From contig JASJGS010000121.1 of NCBI GenBank assembly GCA_033791445.1, positions 7,938-71,937 of the forward strand: 64,000 nt of DNA, read 5' to 3'. A program made the translations under genes and the position numbers. Below are positions 59,130 to 64,000 of this stretch, piece after piece. The DNA is from Bacteroidales bacterium. GTDB taxonomy: Bacteria > Bacteroidota > Bacteroidia > Bacteroidales > VadinHA17. Under the pieces are notes generated by a model. It was not told where the DNA came from. It worked only from the letters and a program-made list of their open reading frames with translations, and ran no database searches. Position 1 is the stretch's first letter; each line of letters begins with the position of its first letter.

Positions 59130-61286
59130 ATGAGAATTACAATTGCATATAATCTTCGCATGGATGATACGGAAGCTACAGCTGAACTCCTCACGAAGGC
59201 GGACATAAGTCGGATATCCGATGCCATTAATAGTCTTCAACATAAAGTTACGGAAGTTGAGGTTTCGGGTAAACCAAATGATGTGATTGATCGCCTTATC
59301 GAAAGTGAACCTGATCTCATATTCAATCTGGCAGAGGGGACGATCGGCAGTTCCCGTGAGGCTTTCTATCCCGGTTTGTACGAGCAAATGGGCATTCCGT
59401 TCACTGGCGGAAACGCATCACTGCTTCATCTCAATCTTGATAAACATCTTGCTAAAACCGTCTTGGCATCGCACGGAATCAACATCCCCAAAGGTGTTTT
59501 GATTACCGAGAAGGAACGAAATCTACCCGATAATTTACAATATCCCCTAATAATTAAGCCGAATTCTGAGGGATCAAGCAAAGGTATTACACAGGATTCA
59601 GTTGTTGAATCACATGATCAGGCCCAGGAAAGAATAAGCAAATTATTAAGACATTATCCCGCAGGTCTTGTTGTTGAGGAATTTATAGGAGGCCGAGAAC
59701 TCAGTATTCCCTTGCTTGAAAGCTTTCCGGGTAAATTGCTTGACATCGTTGAACACACTTTTGACATGGACAAGATCGATGGCAAATACAATGTATATGA
59801 TTACGACATGAAACAAGGAGGAGAAGCAGCAAAATCAGTTAATGTTGTTTGTCCTGCCAATCTTAACTCCCAGGAGAATAAAGCTGTTGTAAAAATGGCC
59901 CGTGCGGTTTTCGATATCATGTCTTGCCCTGATTTTGGCCGGGTAGATATTCGATTACATACAAACGGGCAACCTTATTTTATTGAACTTAATCCGCTAC
60001 CAAGTCTTCATCCAAATGCTTCCCTTATAACGGCAGCCAAATCGCGCGGACTCGAATCAAGGGATGTTATGCGGTTGATCATTCGCTCTGCCGCTCGCCG
60101 ATACGGCTTGGCAATCAGATCGATGAAGCAGCCCAAAAACGGTAAAATTACATCAGGTGCCTCACGACCTACCGCCAGAGAACTGGGGATCCAAATTGGC
60201 CGGATGCGCCCGGGAATTTATAATGCAATCACAGATATTAAGGGCGTTCGTGTTGGCCATTTTTCTCGGATAGAAGATGGTGTTCCAATTCCCGGAGGGA
60301 CAGGGGTCAGTTGCATACGTACTGGTATTACAGCAATTATGCCCGCTGGACAGGCTTATGCCAATCGGATTGTAGCCGGTGGCTTTATCCTCAACGGTGT
60401 TGGAGAGATGGCTGGACTTACCCAAGTTATGGAAACAGGTTGGCTGGAAACACCAATTCTTCTCACAAATTCGCATTCAGTTGGTCGGGTACATGATGGC
60501 GTTGTCAACCAAATGATTAAAAAGTACCCTCTTCTTGGAACCGAAACCGATGTGATTCTACCTGTAGTTGGCGAAGCCGACGATTCTTTTCTGAACGATA
60601 TAAGAGTTGGATCCTGTTCAGCACAAGACACCGTTAAGGCCATAAAGGCGGCATCATCCGGACCGGTAATGCAAGGCTCGATTGGGGCTGGCACAGGAAT
60701 GACAACTTTTGACTTTGCCGGAGGAATAGGTACTTCTTCCCGAATATTAGACCTTTCTGGAAACGATACATTTACAGTTGGAGTGCTTGTACTTTCAAAC
60801 TTTGGAAAGATGCATAACCTTACCGTAGATGGAGCCGTTGTTGGCAGACAACTGAACGAGGAATTCGATGTGACAGGACGTCGGGAGGTGTCAGAGGGAT
60901 CAATCATCGTTGTGGTTGCCACCGATCTCCCACTCATTACCAGTCAACTTAATCGTGTAGCCAAACGGGCTGCTCTTGGTCTTGGCCGAACAGGTTCTTA
61001 TGCTGCCTCAACCAGTGGTGAAATTATAATTGCTTTCAGTACTGGTAACCGTAAGCCTCGGCAACCCAACACAAGCAGTAATTTTTTAACTTTAAAATGT
61101 ATTTCCGATTCTCATATAAATTTGGTTTATGAAGCGGTAATCGAAGCAACCGAAGAGGCCGTATTAAATGCAATTTGCTGCTCTAATGGAATGAGTGGAC
61201 GTAAGCAACGCTGGTGTCCGCCAGTTCCACACGAACGCATTATCGAACTATTGAAAAATGGAAGAACAATTCATGAAAGTAATTGA
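59130..61286 (+). CDS. Fusion protein: D-Ala-D-Ala-ligase-like ATP-grasp domain (N) plus DmpA/peptidase S58 (P1) domain (C)
   Basis: The N-terminal half has Ddl-type ATP-grasp features (PLIIKPNSEGSSKGI, VVEEFIGGRELS, GRVDIRL...YFIELNPLPSL). The C-terminal half has S58-like blocks (ITDIKGVRVGH, TGITAI, NG.GE, GSIGAGTGMTTFDFAGGIGTSS, ATDLPL). 718 aa. AAGGA lies 9 nt upstream of the ATG. Confidence 0.7.
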   Translation: MRITIAYNLRMDDTEATAELLTKADISRISDAINSLQHKVTEVEVSGKPNDVIDRLIESEPDLIFNLAEGTIGSSREAFYPGLYEQMGIPFTGGNASLLHLNLDKHLAKTVLASHGINIPKGVLITEKERNLPDNLQYPLIIKPNSEGSSKGITQDSVVESHDQAQERISKLLRHYPAGLVVEEFIGGRELSIPLLESFPGKLLDIVEHTFDMDKIDGKYNVYDYDMKQGGEAAKSVNVVCPANLNSQENKAVVKMARAVFDIMSCPDFGRVDIRLHTNGQPYFIELNPLPSLHPNASLITAAKSRGLESRDVMRLIIRSAARRYGLAIRSMKQPKNGKITSGASRPTARELGIQIGRMRPGIYNAITDIKGVRVGHFSRIEDGVPIPGGTGVSCIRTGITAIMPAGQAYANRIVAGGFILNGVGEMAGLTQVMETGWLETPILLTNSHSVGRVHDGVVNQMIKKYPLLGTETDVILPVVGEADDSFLNDIRVGSCSAQDTVKAIKAASSGPVMQGSIGAGTGMTTFDFAGGIGTSSRILDLSGNDTFTVGVLVLSNFGKMHNLTVDGAVVGRQLNEEFDVTGRREVSEGSIIVVVATDLPLITSQLNRVAKRAALGLGRTGSYAASTSGEIIIAFSTGNRKPRQPNTSSNFLTLKCISDSHINLVYEAVIEATEEAVLNAICCSNGMSGRKQRWCPPVPHERIIELLKNGRTIHESN

Positions 61287-62283
61287 GAAATATAACGACA
61301 GTCAGCACAATCCATATTGGAAGTATCAACTTGGACCGGGTACGTACGAAGTAAAAGATACGCCCCAACGCGTTGAAGCCATTAAGAAATCCCTTCACGC
61401 CGATGAACGATTTGAATTTCTTACAGCAAAGCCCTTTCCGGAAAGACTAATCACCCGACTACACCCCTATCACGATTATATCAGGAACACAGCATTAAGT
61501 TTACAAAACGATGAGGAGGAGTTTTATCCCGATCTATTCCCTGGCGAGGGTGCCCATCGCAGAAAAAGATCTGATTCACCACTCTGGGGAGGGATATGGT
61601 GTACCGATGCAGTTACACCCATTAAAAGAAAAACCTATGAAGTTGCACGTGCCTCTGCTGAAACTGCATTGACCGGCGCTGAATTAATCCGCAATGGCCA
61701 TGAAAAGACAGTATATGCCCTGTGCCGACCCTCCGGACATCATGCAGGACCCCGTGTATTTGGCGGCTATTGCTACTTTAATAATGTAGCTACTGCTGCC
61801 GAGTATTTATTACCTGAAGGTAGAGTAGCGATTGTAGATATAGATTATCATCATGGAAACGGAACACAGGAGTTTTTTGATGATATAAAGTCTGTATTTA
61901 CTGCATCCATTCATGGTGATCCTGATGATGAATACCCCTACTTTTGGGGCTATGCCGACGAAAAAGGCAAAGGTCAGGCTATTGGTACAAATCATAATGA
62001 ACCTTTTCCCAGGGGTACGCAATTGGAACAATACAGCAAAGCTTTAGATCGCATACTTAATAAAATTCGTGAGTTTAATCCTGCATACCTTATTATTGCC
62101 GCAGGTTTCGATACGCATGAGGCTGACCCTATTGGTGGCTTTAAGCTTCGCACGGAAGATTACTTTGCAATGGGTAAACAGTTTCAGTCTCTGGGAATAC
62201 CCACATTAGTATGCCAGGAAGGTGGATACAACATTGATGTTTTAGGAGAATGTGTGAAGAATTTCCTTCTTGGGCTGAGATAA
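61258..62283 (+). CDS. Histone-deacetylase-family (arginase-fold) amidohydrolase, acetylpolyamine-amidohydrolase-like
   Basis: The full catalytic set is visible: PSGHHA, DIDYHHGNGTQ, GFDTHEADP and EGGY. An alternative ATG exists at 61273. Either start overlaps the upstream stop at 61284-61286. Confidence 0.8.
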   Translation: MEEQFMKVIEKYNDSQHNPYWKYQLGPGTYEVKDTPQRVEAIKKSLHADERFEFLTAKPFPERLITRLHPYHDYIRNTALSLQNDEEEFYPDLFPGEGAHRRKRSDSPLWGGIWCTDAVTPIKRKTYEVARASAETALTGAELIRNGHEKTVYALCRPSGHHAGPRVFGGYCYFNNVATAAEYLLPEGRVAIVDIDYHHGNGTQEFFDDIKSVFTASIHGDPDDEYPYFWGYADEKGKGQAIGTNHNEPFPRGTQLEQYSKALDRILNKIREFNPAYLIIAAGFDTHEADPIGGFKLRTEDYFAMGKQFQSLGIPTLVCQEGGYNIDVLGECVKNFLLGLR

Positions 62284-62498
62284 AACAAGTGCTACTGATG
62301 AAAGAAAAAACAGAGCGCCAAAGGGTCCACTTCAGAGGTAACATCTCATCGTTCTTTAGATGAGTGAAAATTAAGCATAACAAATCACTGCACTGGATTT
62401 TTACTCCGCTGCGATCCGTAAAAACCAGTGAGCTCAATCGTTCTACAAACCACAATAATCAAAGGAAATTGAAGCATTAAAAATTGTTCCCCAGAATA

Positions 62499-62517
62499 TT
62501 GCCAGCTAAATTGCCAG
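62499..62517 (+). repeat. Paired TTGCCAG motif (12-nt spacing) inside the right end of the islet
   Basis: ttgccagctaaattgccag. Related pairs with 11-nt spacing lie at 58917-58934, 62715-62732 and 62881-62898. Confidence 0.8.
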
Positions 62518-62622
62518 CCAAGTGGAAAATGGGTGGAGTATATAGGAAAAAGAAATCTAATTATAATTGTAATGTAGTGTATGAGAGTATAATGGAGTCA
62601 GGTGGGAAATCCCGTATTGTCT

Positions 62623-62755
62623 CTGGCAGTCAAGAGGTCATCGCATCGATTCCGATATGCTCCACTCTAATAATCAAAGGGTTACAGATTTCAGAATTTG
62701 TGACCCTTTCTTTTTTGCCAGTTTTTTGCCAGCCAGCTGATCAGATTAGCGATTA
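62623..62755 (+). repeat. Right copy of the direct repeat; 62623-62664 is a displaced, decayed tRNA-Ala 3' half
   Basis: ctggcagtcaagaggtcatcgCAtcgattccgatatgctcca, with two substitutions hitting the T-stem/T-loop junction. It is followed by a near-copy of the terminator hairpin and a TTGCCAG pair. Sequence 5' of 62623 does not align with the tRNA 5' half. Confidence 0.85.
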
Positions 62756-62852
62756 TGTACACTATGTAAAGAACGATTTACTAGTACACATCAAATATAA
62801 AACTAATATCTTAGTTAATCAACTAATTCTTTAGTTTTATTGAAGGATTGCT

Positions 62853-62905
62853 GTCGTTCAGATTTGTAGCTTTTTCCTTTTTGCCAGCATTTTGCCAGCA
62901 AGTTG
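62853..62905 (+). repeat. Third, partial copy of the post-tRNA repeat (terminator loop/3' arm plus TTGCCAG pair)
   Basis: gtcgttcagatttgtagctttttcctttttgccagcattttgccagcaagttg resembles 58889-58940. It is closer to copy 1 than to copy 2 in the loop segment. Confidence 0.7.
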
Positions 62906-63085
62906 TTCGGAATAGGTGGAAACCCCTATAATATAATAGGGGTTCAATCACTAAAATGCTATACTAAGCATATTTCAACAACACATTTTCAAACCCAGGA
63001 TTGCCTGAAAATTCAGCTAATTATGTGCAAACTCACCAAACGATAGCAATTTCATTTTCTGCTATGGGTGCTGTTGTTTAAGTAG

Positions 63086-63131
63086 CTGCTTTGTGAGCAG
63101 GGAGTCGTAAGTTCAAACCTTACAACTCCAA
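63086..63131 (+). other. tRNA-like 3' fragment (hairpin plus T-arm plus acceptor 3' strand), not a complete tRNA
   Basis: Hairpin ctgct-ttgtg-agcag, then T arm gtaag-ttcaaac-cttac, then aactcca-a. No matching 5' acceptor strand, D arm or anticodon arm could be folded upstream. Confidence 0.45.
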
Positions 63132-63554
63132 CGGTTGATAATAAGGGTGTTAGACATGATTTGACTTCCTTTTGTATTTTGTATAGGTGAAACATGGGGG
63201 AACCAATTCTCTTTTTTTCGTTATACAGCCAGGTGTAACAATTTTTCAGAATTTTCGTTAGAGTTAAAAGTGCCATCAGTCCCAACAATCTAATGAGTTA
63301 TTTTTTTCACATCTACTACGAAGAACTAAGCCGAATAGTTCCTGGTTTGGTGATTCTCCGATGTTTGGTTGGATTAGGAGGAATTTATTGCCTGATGCTG
63401 GATATAACCTCATCCCGGGGTAGTTAAGTTGTACTTCTTAAAAACAAGTGGAATGGTTGGAGAAAATAGCTTACTTATTGTAAGAATGAAGAATCTGCGG
63501 AAGAGGGTGCTACTTGGATACAACTCAAGTTATGTTTAGAAAACTCCATTAGAT

Positions 63555-64000
63555 TTGAATAAGATTTTTAGTAAGTTATTAGTTATAATTTTAATTTCAT
63601 TCCTGTACTCGATTGTTTCATGCAATAGGGAACAGGTATCAGAATTTCCACTTATTCAGACTGGTGAAGTGGTGGATATCGACAGCACCGGTGCCACTCT
63701 ATATGCTAATATTCTGGCCCTTGGAGAAGAGCCCATTCTGGATTATGGTTTTACCTGGAGCAAGACCCCCAAACCTTCAGTAGCTAACGCAAATGTTATT
63801 TCTGTTCCAGGCTCGCCAGAGACCAGAATAATCAGCCACAGGCTATCATCAGCTTTAAGAGAAGGGGGAGATTATTTTGCCAGGTCATTTATCCGGAACG
63901 CTCAATATACTACCTATGGCCGAGAAGTGCATTTCATCAGCCATGGTGGAGCAATCCCTGTAATTACCGACATCTTTCCTTTGCGGGGAAACCTGAATGA
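63555..64000 (+). CDS. Hypothetical lipoprotein, 3' end cut by window edge (possible IPT/TIG-like repeats)
   Basis: Own translation from TTG: (M)NKIFSKLLVIILISFLYSIVSCNREQVSEF... The signal peptide has an IVSC lipobox, and the frame is open to the window end. It is not in the ORF track. Confidence 0.55.
   Translation, partial: MNKIFSKLLVIILISFLYSIVSCNREQVSEFPLIQTGEVVDIDSTGATLYANILALGEEPILDYGFTWSKTPKPSVANANVISVPGSPETRIISHRLSSALREGGDYFARSFIRNAQYTTYGREVHFISHGGAIPVITDIFPLRGNLN

Larger units (their letters stand above)
58825..62755 (+). mobile_element. Putative integrated genomic islet at tRNA-Ala(GGC), with no recognisable integrase
   Basis: Flanking direct repeats start in the anticodon loop. 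The interior is GC-richer: hand counts of 60-nt lines give 43-50%, against 27-37% in the backbone. The cargo is two co-oriented overlapping genes. Confidence 0.55.

Noticed and set aside
59046-59387. 113-aa minus-strand ORF at the left end of the islet (possible small element gene)
   Set aside because: It overlaps the well-supported ATP-grasp N-terminus on the opposite strand and has no recognisable motif. It is a shadow ORF.
60356-60937. 193-aa minus-strand ORF inside the S58 domain region
   Set aside because: It is an antisense shadow in a GC-richer segment where stops are rarer. The plus-strand frame carries clear domain motifs.
62557-62622. Possible integrase C-terminal remnant (minus strand RQYGISHLTPLYSHTLHYNYN*, vaguely like LGH..I.TT..Y.H)
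   Set aside because: The frame is closed by a stop inside the adjacent tRNA fragment. There is no upstream integrase-like sequence and the resemblance is only 4-5 residues, so I treat it as coincidence.
62484-62834. 116-aa plus-strand ORF in the track (LPAKLPAKW...)
   Set aside because: It reads straight through the TTGCCAG repeats, the displaced tRNA-Ala 3' half and the terminator hairpin copy. It has no coding-like composition, so it is an artefact of repeat DNA.
62939-63131. tmRNA (ssrA) hypothesis: GGGGTT...AACTCCA pairing with a G:U at position 3, and a frame reading PENSANYVQ... reminiscent of the Bacteroidota GENNYALAA tag
   Set aside because: The span is only ~200 nt. It lacks the conserved 5' GGGG.TGA...TTCGAC region, has no ALAA-stop tag, has no encoded or near CCA, and the acceptor would have an A:A mismatch or only 6 bp. 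At best it is a fragment.
63052-63288. 78-aa minus-strand ORF containing VVRFELTTP
   Set aside because: The RFELTTP peptide is the usual signature of translating a tRNA T-arm and acceptor on the opposite strand. The ORF overlaps the tRNA-like fragment and AT-rich spacer.

Overview
This is an AT-rich chromosomal segment, and I assign it to Bacteroidota. The grounds are the many TAnnTTTG -7 promoter boxes 20-45 nt upstream of starts, a T9SS-type C-terminal domain, and a mutL-rhomboid-rhomboid-EEP gene order. All homology calls come from reading the translations and motifs from memory; no searches were run.

Most of the window is densely packed housekeeping. I count roughly 57 CDS, including mutL, dnaE, trxA, ribD, prmC, recX, prfB, fumC, methylmalonyl-CoA mutase small and large subunits, dapD, tsaC, rimM, rpsP, rpsT, radC, folK, sppA, lpxK, asd, hflX and tonB. 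There are two intact tRNAs, Glu-UUC and Ala-GGC. I recognised no CRISPR array, transposase or integrase.

The one clearly accessory region is 58.6-63.3 kb.
- tRNA-Ala(GGC) is followed by a ~3.7-kb insert of visibly higher GC.
- The insert is bracketed by ~130-nt direct repeats that begin exactly in the tRNA anticodon loop, so a decayed tRNA 3' half lies at 62623-62664.
- The insert carries only two overlapping genes. One is a fusion of a Ddl-like ATP-grasp ligase with a DmpA/S58 peptidase domain. The other is an HDAC/acetylpolyamine-amidohydrolase-type enzyme.
- Around it are further debris: a 25-nt duplication of the tRNA 5' end, overlapping perfect palindromes, a third partial repeat copy, four paired TTGCCAG motifs, and a tRNA-like 3' fragment.

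Other points of note:
- the canonical prfB +1 frameshift site
- a 282-aa S16 with a tandem-repeat acidic tail
- an SGNH-hydrolase gene remnant
- a tRNA-Glu placed 24 nt upstream of rpsT
- an in-frame TAA followed by coding-like sequence
- a probable non-canonical start codon
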